DNA of 64,000 nt, from contig CAVPXM010000055.1 of NCBI GenBank assembly GCA_963709405.1, positions 1-64,000 of the forward strand. Reading direction: 5' to 3'. Below are positions 42,729-53,706 of the stretch, in pieces; position 1 is the first letter of the stretch; each line of letters starts with the position of its first letter. The translations under genes were made by a program, and so were the position numbers. The notes under the pieces were generated by a model. That model worked only from the letters and a program-made list of their open reading frames with translations, ran no database searches and was not told where the DNA came from. This DNA comes from an uncultured Nitrososphaerales archaeon (GTDB lineage: Archaea; Thermoproteota; Nitrososphaeria; Nitrososphaerales; Nitrososphaeraceae).

Positions 42729-42819
42729 GAATTCCCACACCAGCTGGATAATGTTAAAGGGTTTTTTGAAAATGCGAGAGTAATACAAAGAACATCTCTA
42801 ATTTTTTGTGGCATTGTTA

Positions 42820-43686
42820 TTAGCTCACGATTTTCAGACTGTAATCTACAGCCTTTGCTGAATGAGTAAGATAACCAACAGAGATCGTGTCAGGTTTAGC
42901 TCTTGCGTAGTCCTTGATATTTGATAAACTAATGCCTCCCGAAATTTCTATATTAGAATTGTTTCTAATTCCCATTCTTGTAATCATATCAATTGCATCC
43001 TTTGCATCCTGCGGTTGAAAATTGTCTAACATTACAGTATCTGCTCCTTCACGAATAGCAACGATCAGATCATGCATGTTTGTTACTTCACATTCTATTT
43101 TGACTTTAGACCCACATTTCTTCTTCAATTCACGTATACAGCAAGATACTGACCCCTCGATGCGAACGTGATTGTTTTTGATTAAGACCATGTCATCGAG
43201 TCGTTGCCGGTGCATGATTCCTCCTCCGATCATAACCGCTTTCTTATCAAATATTCGCAATCCCGGACACGTTTTTCTGGTACTGCTAATCTTGGTCCGA
43301 CTGCCTGTATCTCTCACGGCTGATATCAATTTTTTGGTTTCCGTTGCAATTCCACTCATTCGCATCAATAAATTCAATGCCGTTCTTTCGCCCTTCAATA
43401 TATCCTTAGCCTGTCCCTCGATCTCCATAATCGCCTGACCTCTCTTAACCAAGGAGCCGTCCTTAACCAAGCTCCGTACGTTGCAGTTACACATATCAAA
43501 GATAACATTAGCTTCATTTATTCCACCAGCTACAATCTCATCGTGTGACTTTGCAATGATTTCAGCGCGTACATTGAGATTTCTTGATGCAAGATTATTC
43601 GTTGTTATGTCTCCAGATCCAATATCTTCGTGTAGGAAATCCGAAAGTAATTGCCGCGCTTTTAAAGAAGTATGAATGACTGTCAT
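42820..43686 (-). CDS. nadC: Quinolinate phosphoribosyltransferase
   Basis: EDIGSGDITT, ERTALN, SGIAT, TRKTCPG, MLDNF, SGGI, SVGYLTHS. Confidence 0.96.
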   Translation of the reverse strand: MTVIHTSLKARQLLSDFLHEDIGSGDITTNNLASRNLNVRAEIIAKSHDEIVAGGINEANVIFDMCNCNVRSLVKDGSLVKRGQAIMEIEGQAKDILKGERTALNLLMRMSGIATETKKLISAVRDTGSRTKISSTRKTCPGLRIFDKKAVMIGGGIMHRQRLDDMVLIKNNHVRIEGSVSCCIRELKKKCGSKVKIECEVTNMHDLIVAIREGADTVMLDNFQPQDAKDAIDMITRMGIRNNSNIEISGGISLSNIKDYARAKPDTISVGYLTHSAKAVDYSLKIVS

Positions 43687-43694
43687 CTAACTAC

Positions 43695-43883
43695 TTATGC
43701 AACTTTCTGAGCGTACTTATGCGCTACAGTAATATTCAAAGTTGCAGCAATTTTAGAATTTAATGGTTGAAATACCAAAATGATGCCGGACCAGTCAGGA
43801 GAGAGCTCGGTAGACTTACAAACAGAACAGATCTTCCCATATGTGATTGCTTTGCATTTCTTACAAGCCAACTCTTTAGGCAC
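43695..43883 (-). CDS. spt4: Transcription elongation factor Spt4 (RpoE'')
   Basis: ACKKCK...CSVCKSTELSPDWSG...SKIA...KYAQKV, directly after rpoE'. Confidence 0.93.
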   Translation of the reverse strand: MPKELACKKCKAITYGKICSVCKSTELSPDWSGIILVFQPLNSKIAATLNITVAHKYAQKVA

Positions 43884-44487
43884 TTACTTAGAACCTCCAC
43901 TTTTTTTCTCCTTGGCCGAAGGCGCAGCTTGAGCCTGTCTTGATTTCATTACTTCCTGTTCGATCCATTCATTTGAGCCTAAGAACGGCTGTCTGCATGT
44001 TATTCCAATTTTGCCCATTCCGCTCGCCTTTTCCAAGACTAATTGCAGTTACTCTAGCCCTAATTTTCGAACCAATTTTCAACGATTTTGCGGTCTGATT
44101 AGCGATTATAATTCCTTGCTTAACGTCGCTCTTTAGATAGTCGTCTGTAATTTGTGACAAATGTAAAAGAGCATCCGTAGGGCCAACTCTAACAAAGGCG
44201 CCAAAATCAGTAATTTCAACGATTTCTCCCTCTACAACCTCCTGCAATTTAGGATAAAAGGTAAGGGCCTTAAATTGCACTTTATGGTAAGTTGAGCCGT
44301 CACCAGCCACTAACTTCCCCACAGAATTTGCTGAAGCATCAACAATCATGATCACGTATCCTAATTCTGGACTAATCATACTCTCGTATTTCTCTTTTAA
44401 TATAGTAATGGCAGTATTCTTTAAGGAACTTGTTAATCTGTTAGGAGGAATTCTAACAACATCATTCATATGGATTATGAGAAACAT
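43884..44487 (-). CDS. rpoE1: RNA polymerase subunit Rpo7 (RpoE'), frameshift near 44022
   Basis: DVVRIPP, QEVVEGEIVEITDFGAFVRVGPTDALLHLSQI; the shifted frame continues MGKIGITCRQPFLGSNEWI to TAA at 43884. Confidence 0.95.
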
Positions 44488-44573
44488 CTGTAAGAACTGT
44501 CAACAAATATCAATTTATTAACCTTTGGCCATCAATGAAATATGTGCTCACACTCGGTTACATAATATAGTAT

Positions 44574-45191
44574 CTAATATAGAACTTCAAGTTTTATCGA
44601 TGCGTCTGTCAATTCAAAGATAGATTCCTTTCCGATAGTACTTTTGACCATAGATCGAAAAAAGCTTTCAAAAAATTTGGAGCCTTTTTTACCAAGCCTA
44701 TGTCTTACTACGATAGTTCTGGATTTTGGTTGATTAACTTCGTCATAGGTACCAAGGTGACCATAGCGACACATTATCTTTTCAACATATTCAAATACGT
44801 TCTCCTCGTTTAACTCCTTTTTCCAAAATACAATGGTGTCCTTGGGTACGGATCCCCCTAACTTGTTTCCTAATTCTAATATAGTATTTTCGTCTAACGA
44901 ATCAATAAGTGTAGTCAATAACTCTCTGTTGATGACTACCATATCTATCTTAGATAGGAATCTACCGAATTCCGCAAATCTTCTTAATATGATCCCTACA
45001 ACTGAATTTACTGAAACACCCATCCGCTCAGCCTCCTCATCTAAAATTCTAGAAAGCTCCAAATCAAATCTAAACGACCTGGTAATTGTATCTGACCTAG
45101 CATCTGGGGCTTTAGGAGACAATGCACTAATTAGATACGCTTTCAATGAGCTTGATAATAAACTAAATGGTGAAATAGGGTAAAAATCCAC
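44574..45191 (-). CDS. Ribbon-helix-helix domain protein
   Basis: TITRSFRFDLELSRILDEEAERMGVSVNSVVGIILRRF...IVVRHRLGKKGSKF; true start may be internal. Confidence 0.7.
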   Translation of the reverse strand: MDFYPISPFSLLSSSLKAYLISALSPKAPDARSDTITRSFRFDLELSRILDEEAERMGVSVNSVVGIILRRFAEFGRFLSKIDMVVINRELLTTLIDSLDENTILELGNKLGGSVPKDTIVFWKKELNEENVFEYVEKIMCRYGHLGTYDEVNQPKSRTIVVRHRLGKKGSKFFESFFRSMVKSTIGKESIFELTDASIKLEVLY

Positions 45192-45395
45192 TGAAGCAAG
45201 TGTGCCCGATTAGTCAGTATTGTAATTTCATATACAGAAGAAATATAGGTCGGTAGGGATACTATATAATAATTTGTGCTAACACAAAATACCATCTGGT
45301 TCAAAATGATAAAAAGTCAGGCATCATTTCCGCACGAATCATATCTCAAATCTGCACAATTTAAATACTGCTAAGCCGAACTTTTGATAGATAAG

Positions 45396-46505
45396 ATGGT
45401 TCACGTGGATCAAGTTATGTCGACATTGAGAAAAGTTGTTGATCCTGAGCTTCACAGGGATATCGTCTCCATGGGAATGATTAAAGATCTGTCAATTCAA
45501 GGTGAAAAAGTAGCTTTTACTCTAGAGTTAACCACGCCAGCTTGTCCGTTTAATGGTGAAATTGAGCAAGATGTTCGTAGCCGTATGACTGAATTAGGGA
45601 TAAGAGACTTGGAACTTCGAGTCACAGCAAGAGTAACAGAAGGTAGAACTATCTCTATGGATGAACTATTGCCGGGAGTCAAAAACATCATCGCTGTTGC
45701 AAGTGGTAAGGGAGGAGTAGGTAAGACGACTGTCGCCGTAAATTTGGGCGTCGCTCTCTCTAAAGCAGGGGCTAAGGTAGGACTCTTGGATGCCGACATT
45801 TACGGTCCCAGCATTCCTCTATTCATGGGGATTAAGGAATCGCCGGTCGTCGTGGACGGAAAGATTCAACCTGTCATGACTTATGGCGTGAAGGTGATCT
45901 CAATGGGGTTTTTCTATGAACAGTCCCAGCAGGCCGGTATTTATAGGGGGCCTATCGTTTCAGGTATCGTTAAACAGTTCATCACTGATGTGAATTGGGG
46001 CGAATTGGATTATTTGATAATTGATCTGCCTCCGGGTACTGGCGATGCTCCATTAACTATGGCGCAGACTATCCCAATTACAGGAATATTGATCGTTACG
46101 ACCCCTCAAGACGTTGCTATGAATGTTGCGACAAAGGCTATTGGAATGTTCAACAAATTAAACATCCCAATTATTGGAGTCGTTGAGAATATGAGCTACT
46201 TGCAATGCCCAAACTGCAAGGAGCAAATCAATGTTTTTGGAATTGGCGGAGGTAAAAAGATAAGCGAAAAATTCGGGATATCTTTTATAGGCACTATTCC
46301 GCTCAATCCAGAGATTATGATTAACAGTGATACTGGCAAACCTATTCCTATGATAAATCCTGAATCAGATCAGGCACAAATTTTCGATAGGATTGCGCGA
46401 CAAATGGCTGGCAGAATAAGTGTAATTGCAAATGAACTGAAATCTCAACAAGAGACAGAAACAACTGGACCAGTTTCTGCGACCACTTCAGGCAGTACGC
46501 AGTAA
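45396..46505 (+). CDS. Mrp/NBP35 (ApbC) Fe-S carrier ATPase with N-terminal DUF59
   Basis: DPELHRDIVSMG, TTPACP, SGKGGVGKT, DADIYGPS, DLPPGTGD, ENMSYLQCPNC. Confidence 0.95.
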   Translation: MVHVDQVMSTLRKVVDPELHRDIVSMGMIKDLSIQGEKVAFTLELTTPACPFNGEIEQDVRSRMTELGIRDLELRVTARVTEGRTISMDELLPGVKNIIAVASGKGGVGKTTVAVNLGVALSKAGAKVGLLDADIYGPSIPLFMGIKESPVVVDGKIQPVMTYGVKVISMGFFYEQSQQAGIYRGPIVSGIVKQFITDVNWGELDYLIIDLPPGTGDAPLTMAQTIPITGILIVTTPQDVAMNVATKAIGMFNKLNIPIIGVVENMSYLQCPNCKEQINVFGIGGGKKISEKFGISFIGTIPLNPEIMINSDTGKPIPMINPESDQAQIFDRIARQMAGRISVIANELKSQQETETTGPVSATTSGSTQ

Positions 46506-46509
46506 ATTT

Positions 46510-47049
46510 ATGCGTCTTTCAGAATCTGAGAAGCAAGCTCTGAAGAAGCCATTTGGCAAACTTGTACCCCGAGGAAAAATAACAAAAGAGAAAATTATTA
46601 ATTTTATAGGAAATTGTAAAATAGTAGCTTCGGTAGGCGATGAAACAACAAGCTTATTGGTGAGATTTGGGATCATTCCAACAATATCCGTTACGGACGG
46701 CAAAACTATGCGCAGAACGATAAAGATTTCGGAAAATCGAAAATATCAGTCTTTAATTAAATATCTAAAAGATGAAAAAATTACTGAATTCAGATGTAAG
46801 AATCCTACCGGTACGGTATCAATTGATGCATATTGGATCGTTATTAGATCCATTCAGATGGGCACTCGTGTTAAAATAATAATCGACGGAGAAGAAGACT
46901 TGTTGGCAATTCCTCTATTCGCCTTTCTACCTAAAAATTCAATTCTTGCATATGGTCAACCGAATGAGGGAGTGGTTTTGACTAGAATAAGTTCAGTCAT
47001 CAAGTCTATGGCCAAAGATTTATTGAGTCGATATGATTTAATTATTTGA
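46510..47049 (+). CDS. DUF359 GTP-dependent dephospho-CoA kinase
   Basis: LKKPFG, SVGDETT, DGKTMR, NPTGTV, IDGEEDLLA, YGQPNEGVV. Confidence 0.88.
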   Translation: MRLSESEKQALKKPFGKLVPRGKITKEKIINFIGNCKIVASVGDETTSLLVRFGIIPTISVTDGKTMRRTIKISENRKYQSLIKYLKDEKITEFRCKNPTGTVSIDAYWIVIRSIQMGTRVKIIIDGEEDLLAIPLFAFLPKNSILAYGQPNEGVVLTRISSVIKSMAKDLLSRYDLII

Positions 47050-47051
47050 TA

Positions 47052-47124
47052 GTGGGGATGATGATACGGTGGCTAGATGATCGTTGTGAAAATTGTGATT
47101 AATCGTCAACATTTCTGATCCCAT
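47052..47124 (+). ncRNA. Candidate box C/D guide sRNA
   Basis: C ATGATGA (47058-64), 12-nt guide, D' ATGA (47077-80), C' GTGATTA (47095-101), 13-nt guide, D CTGA (47115-18), closed by a TGGGG/TCCCA terminal stem. Confidence 0.72.
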
Positions 47125-47535
47125 ACTCATTGTTTGGTATAGTGATTGGTAAAGCAGAACTAGACATTAAGATTGGCATTATATAAGTCCGCTGCTCAAC
47201 GTGCACCAAGATTAGCCACTGTTGGCATATTCTAATGGGTTACTAGAGATATTTTTGTTTAGAGTGTTTGGTTTTACAATTTTTGTTTATTAGCACGTAC
47301 CGGATACAAAGAAATCCAGAGGCGCACCACTTACTGTGGATGGCAATCACAATTGCATTTTTTCATCAAGACATCAAAGGAACAATCATGGGTGAATCCG
47401 CTTCTGTCATCTACTGGCCATTCTCGAGGACATTCAGAATGTCTGCCTCGTTTACAAAAAAAAGTTAAGTTCAATTCCCAAACTAGTATCCATTTGGATC
47501 TATAAATTCTTTTAAATATGGATATTCATGAGATG

Positions 47536-47823
47536 TCATATATTGATATTAAAGAGCTGCGGAGCATATATCGAACCGTCTCTTACGTGCTTAACCTTGG
47601 CAACAGAGAGGTAATGTGGCCAGATTGTTACCAGTATGCTGCCTTCAGGAACGCCTTCAGGAACCTCAATTACTTGAATATCATCGTAATCAATACCGTA
47701 TTCGTGTAGCTTTTCTTTACTTGACGCAACTATCTCCTGAGAAAGACCACTATTATAAACATATACTTTTCCTGAATATTCGATGTGATCAACCAATCTG
47801 TGTATTGTCGGCATAATGAACAC
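47536..47823 (-). CDS. Hypothetical protein
   Basis: Protein-like 91-95 aa ORF (YSGKVYVYNSG...GSILVTIWPHYLSVAKVKHVRDGSIYAPQLFNI); no family recognised. Confidence 0.6.
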   Translation of the reverse strand: MFIMPTIHRLVDHIEYSGKVYVYNSGLSQEIVASSKEKLHEYGIDYDDIQVIEVPEGVPEGSILVTIWPHYLSVAKVKHVRDGSIYAPQLFNINI

Positions 47824-48182
47824 TAAAAATGTACCGATTCTAATTATTACTATCTCTTCGAATTGTAATCATGCGTATGAACTGTGATAGTGTGTATGTC
47901 TATATAATTGGTCCTAAAGCGCGTTGAATTACAGGAGTAATTTAAAGACTATGATATCTACACATCCAAAATAGTTGTACTATTTTTCGTGTCAATATGG
48001 TCCATTTGATTGTTACAGAAAATAGAGGTCGACTTCACCCCTAGTGTAGCTAACTTCAGTTGCGACTGTGCATAAGCATTCAATTTTCCCAATTGCAGTT
48101 GTAATTCGTAAGTTATGATTCTGATTGGCCGTAGATGCCGTTTCCTAAATCTCTTCCTTCAATTCAACAGGTGAAGAATATA

Positions 48183-48386
48183 CTAATGTCCTTCAATGGA
48201 CTTTTTGTGATATTTCTTCAGATCCCAAAATCCCAAGACCAGAAAGGCAATACCGAATGCGAGAATGAGGTAATCTCCAGGCAGGATTAATTTCCAAACG
48301 CTGTTCACTGACGCTGCAGAGATGAACAGCAGGGCAAGAAAGATTAAAGCAATGCCGGTTATTACTTCGCCATTTATTTTCGTCAT
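48183..48386 (-). CDS. Small two-TM membrane protein
   Basis: Two hydrophobic helices and a basic His-ending tail. Confidence 0.65.
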   Translation of the reverse strand: MTKINGEVITGIALIFLALLFISAASVNSVWKLILPGDYLILAFGIAFLVLGFWDLKKYHKKSIEGH

Positions 48387-49030
48387 AGCCGATTATTTAG
48401 TTCATTCCTGGCGTAAATAAGTTTGCATACTTGATAAGAGAATCTTCCATTTTCTATTGTCACTTATCATCGAAGTGATAGGAGACGAGCACGACAATTT
48501 TGGTGTATAGCTCAGGCAAAAACACAAGGTATCAATCGACTCGTAGATAGAAAAATTCGTTTTTAGGGTGTCAGCAATGCTATGCTTTTCATAATTTGAT
48601 GACCACGTTAAGTGTTCTGTCCTCCATTCCACTTCTAGGCCATTAATCTATTACTTCAGGATGAAAGTAGATACCTTTTTTCCACGAACTAACCGTGCCA
48701 AGATCCTACTCTATACGTCCCTTCTAGTATGTATTCACCGACTGACGATATCCTTGCAGTCACAATGCAGCGAATGAACCATAATGAAGTGCTGTTCGAT
48801 GAAAAGGACCTGCTATCCTCATCGAAATATTTAAGTGGAGCCTAGAAGTTGCATTCGGTAAAATGCGGCGTAGCGGCAACTCGTAATGTAAGTCTATTTT
48901 TGGGGATGAGTGCTTAGGAATGGCGTGTAATTCTTGTTCATCCAATTGGCCACCTCGCTGTTATATTTCAGCACCTAGTGGGCTACTTTGAGAGTTAGAT
49001 CAGCCTAAGATGATCTACCATAAATATTTC

Positions 49031-50059
49031 TCACTCAAATAGACTTGCCGAAACAAGGCTGGTGAACTCACTTGTGGACAGCATCCCGCCCACGTCTTTA
49101 GTTTTTTTATTGGCGATAAACAGCCGAACAATCGCATTTTCTATTAATTGACCAGCAGTACGCGTTTCTTTGTCATCAAACTTTTCTGAGAGCCATTCTA
49201 ACATCAATTTTGTAGAGAGTAAAATAGAAGACGGATTTGCGATATTTTTTCCAGCAATATCAAAAGCAGCTCCGTGGACCGGTTCAAAGAGTCCAAACCT
49301 ACTCCCAATATTTGCTGCAGGACCCATCCCTAAGCCTCCTACTAATTGTGCTGCTTCATCAGACAAAATGTCCCCATATAGATTAGTTGTTAAAACTATA
49401 TCGTGTGAAGCTGGATTTCTTATTAGTTCCATTGCGAATGCATCTACGTATGATTCACAATACTCTATGTCTGGATATTTAGTGGCAACAGTTCTACATG
49501 CACTCAAAAACAAGCCGTCGGTTTTACGCATAACATTAGCCTTATGTACTGCAACAACCTTCTTACTTTTGGCTCTAAATCGACAAAGTCTAAATGCATA
49601 GTCTGCAATTCTAAGAGACGCTTTCTCTGTGATCAGTCTAATCGCTATAGCAGTCTTTTCATCTGTGTAGAATTCCCACCCAAGATACAGATCTTCTGTG
49701 TTCTCTCTTACAGTAATGAGATCAATTTCATGAGAATAACAATCAATATTTGGGTAAGCCTTAGCCGGTCTGATATTTGCGTAAAGATCCAAAGCCCTCC
49801 TTAAAACAACTATAACATCTGCAGCAGACTCACCAACTGGACCCTTCAGACTGGCGTCAGCACTACTAATGGTCCGAAATGTTGAATCTGGAAGTGGCAT
49901 TCCAAGTCTTTCTTTTGCAATATCCCCTGCCTCGCATTCTGTCAAGGTGAACTTTACATTGGAATGATCATTGATAGTCTCAAGGACTGTCGTTGCAGAA
50001 TCTATCAGCTCTGGCCCTATACCATCTCCTTTAATAAGCGCGATTTTATATCTAGTCAG
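49031..50059 (-). CDS. leuB: Isopropylmalate/isocitrate dehydrogenase family protein (probably LeuB)
   Basis: The frame extends upstream of the listed ORF to YKIALIKGDGIGPEL; LYANIRP, VRENTEDLY, HKANV, NLYGDILSD, FEPVHGAAFDIAGKNIANP. Downstream of ilvBH. Confidence 0.85.
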   Translation of the reverse strand: MTRYKIALIKGDGIGPELIDSATTVLETINDHSNVKFTLTECEAGDIAKERLGMPLPDSTFRTISSADASLKGPVGESAADVIVVLRRALDLYANIRPAKAYPNIDCYSHEIDLITVRENTEDLYLGWEFYTDEKTAIAIRLITEKASLRIADYAFRLCRFRAKSKKVVAVHKANVMRKTDGLFLSACRTVATKYPDIEYCESYVDAFAMELIRNPASHDIVLTTNLYGDILSDEAAQLVGGLGMGPAANIGSRFGLFEPVHGAAFDIAGKNIANPSSILLSTKLMLEWLSEKFDDKETRTAGQLIENAIVRLFIANKKTKDVGGMLSTSEFTSLVSASLFE

Positions 50060-50403
50060 ATTACAAACTCACATGCTCCAATGAAACGAACCTCTCAAAA
50101 AATCTTACGAAGCGCTCCCAGTTTGCACTGCTATGTTTAATTCACTATTAGGAAATCTTTTTTCTGATTCGATCTACCAATACTTCAACCCACGTGTTGA
50201 TTTATATGCGAGGTGTGACGGTTCTCGTCACAAGCAGTACGAGTTTTCTCAAATGCAGATCGAAGATATTCTATACATACTCAACTTCAACTTGTCTTTT
50301 AGTTAGAATTTATTATTCATACTGCTGCTCCGAGAAGGTATCGTGTCACTCGTTTAGATCACAATGCAGACCTAATATCTATCAATGATATATAAATGGT
50401 CAT

Positions 50404-50925
50404 TCAGCTGCCCCTAGGTAAGGCGGATACGCCAGTCCTAGCAAGCTGCGTAATTCCGTAATGACTTACTAAATTCTTAAACGCATCGATTTTATCTGGG
50501 GTTCCTATGATTTCGACTATTATATTCTCCTTTCCAATATCCAAGATGTTAGCTCTAAAGATAGCTGCATAGTTTATTATTTCCATCCTTATTGCTGGCT
50601 CTATGGCCTTCATCTTTATCAAAGCGAGTTCACGATAAACTGTCCTATCTTTGTCAAGAATCGTTACATCTACTACATCAATTAATTTTCTCAGCTGTTT
50701 GACGAGCTGATCCACTGTTCTCTCATCACTCTTGGTCGTGATGGTCATTCTTGATAGATCAGGCCTTTCGGTAGCCCCAACAGTGATACTCTCAATATTG
50801 AAATTGCGTGCTCGAAACAAGTTTGTGATCCTAAATAGTACACCTGGTTTATTTTCTACAAGTGAAGATAGAATGTAGAGTGGATTAGCCTTCTCAGGTG
50901 AATCGATTTCATTGCTTTTTGTCAT
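50404..50925 (-). CDS. ilvH: Acetolactate synthase small (ACT) subunit
   Basis: VENKPGVLFRITNLFRARNFNIESITVG, RELALIK, ARTGVSALPRG. Confidence 0.95.
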   Translation of the reverse strand: MTKSNEIDSPEKANPLYILSSLVENKPGVLFRITNLFRARNFNIESITVGATERPDLSRMTITTKSDERTVDQLVKQLRKLIDVVDVTILDKDRTVYRELALIKMKAIEPAIRMEIINYAAIFRANILDIGKENIIVEIIGTPDKIDAFKNLVSHYGITQLARTGVSALPRGS

Positions 50926-50929
50926 AAAA

Positions 50930-52618
50930 TTACGCACCGGTTATCATATCTTTCAGGCTGGTTCCAGGTGCTACAAACGGATAGACATCTTCCTCAGGAT
51001 CTATAGTAATATCAATAACGGTAGCGACCTCGTTCTTCAATCCCGTCCTAATAGCTCTGTCAAGCTCTTGTATGGACTGAGCCTTTATTCCTTCAGCACC
51101 ATATGCTTCAGCAATTTTTGAGTAGTCAGGAATGCCATTTTGGTGTACTCCCATATATCTTCGATTATAGAAAGTTCTTTGCCACTGAGCTACCATTCCT
51201 AACATGTAATTATTCATCAAAAAGACAATTACTGGCAAATTATCCAGTACTGATACTGCTAATGAATTTTCAGTCATATTGAATGAACCATCACCAGCAA
51301 TGTCGACAACCGGCACTGATGGCCTGGCGGCCTTTGCTCCTATAGAGGCCGGAAATCCAAACCCCATTGTACCGAGCCCAGTTGAGCTGAAAAATGTGCC
51401 TGGTGAAGTTACATCGAAATGCAAAGATGCCCACATTTGACACTGGCCCACCTCCGTTGTCGTTATTGCCTCATTGGGTAATATCTCTCTTAGTTTCTTC
51501 AAGGCCTTCTTAGCAGTCAAATCTCTCGGATAATCTTTGATACTTTCCGAAAAATAATCGATCAATTCTTTTCTTCTTTTGAGCCATGGATTATCTTTTT
51601 CTTTCTTAATGACTTTCTTGGAAATCATTTTTACAAGGGCCTTGAGTGATGCCCTTACGTCACCGATTACTGCTACGTCCACCAATTTGTTCTTGCCTAT
51701 TTCAGCTGGATCTATATCCATGTGAATTATGTTCATGCCCTTACCGAATTCATCGAATCTACCCACAGATCTATCTGAAAATCTAGCTCCTACAGCTAAA
51801 ATGCAATCTGCTTCAACGATAATCTTGTTGGCCTCAGCGTGTCCGTGCATGCCAATCGGACCCATTGCTAATGGATGATTCTCTGGAAAAGCTCCTTTGC
51901 CCTTAAAGGTTGTTACCACAGGAATCAAAAGCAATTCCGCTAATGCTTGTAATTCTGAAAAGGCTCCTGATAATATTACCCCACCTCCTGCCATAATTAT
52001 CGGTCTCTCAGAATTCATTAAAAGCTCCACAGTCTTTCCTAAATGAGATAGGTCCGCCTCAAAGACTGGGTTGTATCCTCTCACCTTAACAAGGTCTGGA
52101 AAGGGTATATCACCACTAGCTTGTTGTACATCCTTCGGAACGTCTATGAGGACTGGACCAGGTCTTCCACTTTCTGAAATGTAAATGGCCTTCTTGACAG
52201 TCTCCGGTATTTCGACAGGAGTGCGGGGTTGAAATGCATACTTTGTGCACGGATTCGCGACACCTATGATGTCTGTTTCTTGGAAAGAATCTTTTCCAAT
52301 CATTGCCAACGCAACTTGACCCGTGACGGCTAACACAGGTGATGAGTCAGCATAAGCAGTAGCTATACCAGTTATCAAGTTCGTCGCACCTGGTCCAGAT
52401 GTAGCAAAGCACACCCCGACCTTCCTCTTGATCCTAGCATACCCATCGGCCATATGAGCAGCTGATTGTTCATGACGGACCAGTATGTGACGTAATCTCG
52501 AATCTACCAGTGCGTCATAGATCGGCAGGTTCGCGCCACCTGGAAGCCCAAAGACGATTTCTACTCCGTCTTTTTCTAATGCAGCAAGTAGAGCCTGCGC
52601 ACCATTCATTTCGACCAT
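50930..52618 (-). CDS. ilvB: Acetolactate synthase large subunit
   Basis: FGLPGGA, RHEQSAAHMADGYAR, TSGPGATN, GDGSFNM...NNYMLGMVAQWQ. Confidence 0.96.
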   Translation of the reverse strand: MVEMNGAQALLAALEKDGVEIVFGLPGGANLPIYDALVDSRLRHILVRHEQSAAHMADGYARIKRKVGVCFATSGPGATNLITGIATAYADSSPVLAVTGQVALAMIGKDSFQETDIIGVANPCTKYAFQPRTPVEIPETVKKAIYISESGRPGPVLIDVPKDVQQASGDIPFPDLVKVRGYNPVFEADLSHLGKTVELLMNSERPIIMAGGGVILSGAFSELQALAELLLIPVVTTFKGKGAFPENHPLAMGPIGMHGHAEANKIIVEADCILAVGARFSDRSVGRFDEFGKGMNIIHMDIDPAEIGKNKLVDVAVIGDVRASLKALVKMISKKVIKKEKDNPWLKRRKELIDYFSESIKDYPRDLTAKKALKKLREILPNEAITTTEVGQCQMWASLHFDVTSPGTFFSSTGLGTMGFGFPASIGAKAARPSVPVVDIAGDGSFNMTENSLAVSVLDNLPVIVFLMNNYMLGMVAQWQRTFYNRRYMGVHQNGIPDYSKIAEAYGAEGIKAQSIQELDRAIRTGLKNEVATVIDITIDPEEDVYPFVAPGTSLKDMITGA

Positions 52619-52834
52619 TCACATGCAACCCCTTTAAGAACAAACAATCAATTACTCATTCCGGCAACCAGCTACTGCTCAGTACGAGCCCAGATAAGTG
52701 TTTGATTTAAAATTATTACTCTCCAATGTATGAAAAATTAAACAGAATAGATTAATCTTGGTGGTCATTTTTAATACCACTGATGTCTATTATAATTAAT
52801 AAATATTGTGTCGCCGTCAACAGATGTTTTTTAC

Positions 52835-53638
52835 TCAAACATTAATTTTGGTTGAGTTCTGTTTTTGCTCATTAAAGAAATTATATGCCTCGTCAGCAGA
52901 ATAATTGTTGTGTATTATTGATCTAACTGCCTTAGTCATTGGGACTGGATAGTCGGACTGCCAAATATTTCGTCCCATATCAACACCAGCTGCCCCGTCA
53001 CGAATCGCATTAGTAGCTAGATTCAATGCGTCTCTCTCTGACAACTTCTTTCCGCCAGCAATAATAACTGGAACCGGACAACCTGCAACAACATTCTGAA
53101 AGTTATCACAGTAATATGTCTTCACGATGTGAGCTCCTAATTCGGCAGCCACTCTACATGCCAGACTTAGATATCTTGCATCTCTTACCATTTCCTTCCC
53201 GACAGCAGTTACCGCTAGGATCGGGATCCCGTATTTTTCACCTTGGTCTACAAGTTTGGCCAAGTTTGAAAGGGTTTGATGCTCGTACTTACTACCAACA
53301 AAGATTGATAACGCTAAGCAAGAGGCATTCAGTCGAATTGCCTCTTCTATTGAAGTCGTAATGTCTTCGTTGGACAAGTCTTCACCAATAATAGATGAGC
53401 CACCAGAAACTCTTAACACAATTGGCACATTAAGTGTTGGATTTACTGACGTCCTAAGTATGCCTCTAGTTAGCATGAGAGAGTCTATGAATTCTATGAG
53501 TGGTCCGATAGTAGTCGAAGGCACTTCAAGCTTATCGGTAGGCCCTAAGAAATATCCATGATCAACTGCCAACATCAAACATCTACAATCATCTGGTCTT
53601 ATAATCTTGGATAGTCGGTTTCGCATTCCCCAATCCAT
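52835..53638 (-). CDS. lsrF: LsrF/DhnA-type class I aldolase-thiolase
   Basis: MDWGMRNRLSKI, LAVDHGYFLGPT, AELGAHIVKTYY, IAGGKK, GVDMGRNIWQ. Confidence 0.85.
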   Translation of the reverse strand: MDWGMRNRLSKIIRPDDCRCLMLAVDHGYFLGPTDKLEVPSTTIGPLIEFIDSLMLTRGILRTSVNPTLNVPIVLRVSGGSSIIGEDLSNEDITTSIEEAIRLNASCLALSIFVGSKYEHQTLSNLAKLVDQGEKYGIPILAVTAVGKEMVRDARYLSLACRVAAELGAHIVKTYYCDNFQNVVAGCPVPVIIAGGKKLSERDALNLATNAIRDGAAGVDMGRNIWQSDYPVPMTKAVRSIIHNNYSADEAYNFFNEQKQNSTKINV

Positions 53639-53706
53639 ATATCTTCTTCCTCTCTAATCGATTAGTATATTTAAATTTTGAAAGGAGGTTTCCTATCTTG
53701 TGCTAT

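Noticed and set aside
52620-52710. TPP riboswitch or leader peptide upstream of ilvB
   Set aside because: Only a short GCTC/GAGC hairpin and a 3-codon uORF; TPP core motifs and branched-chain codon runs are absent.
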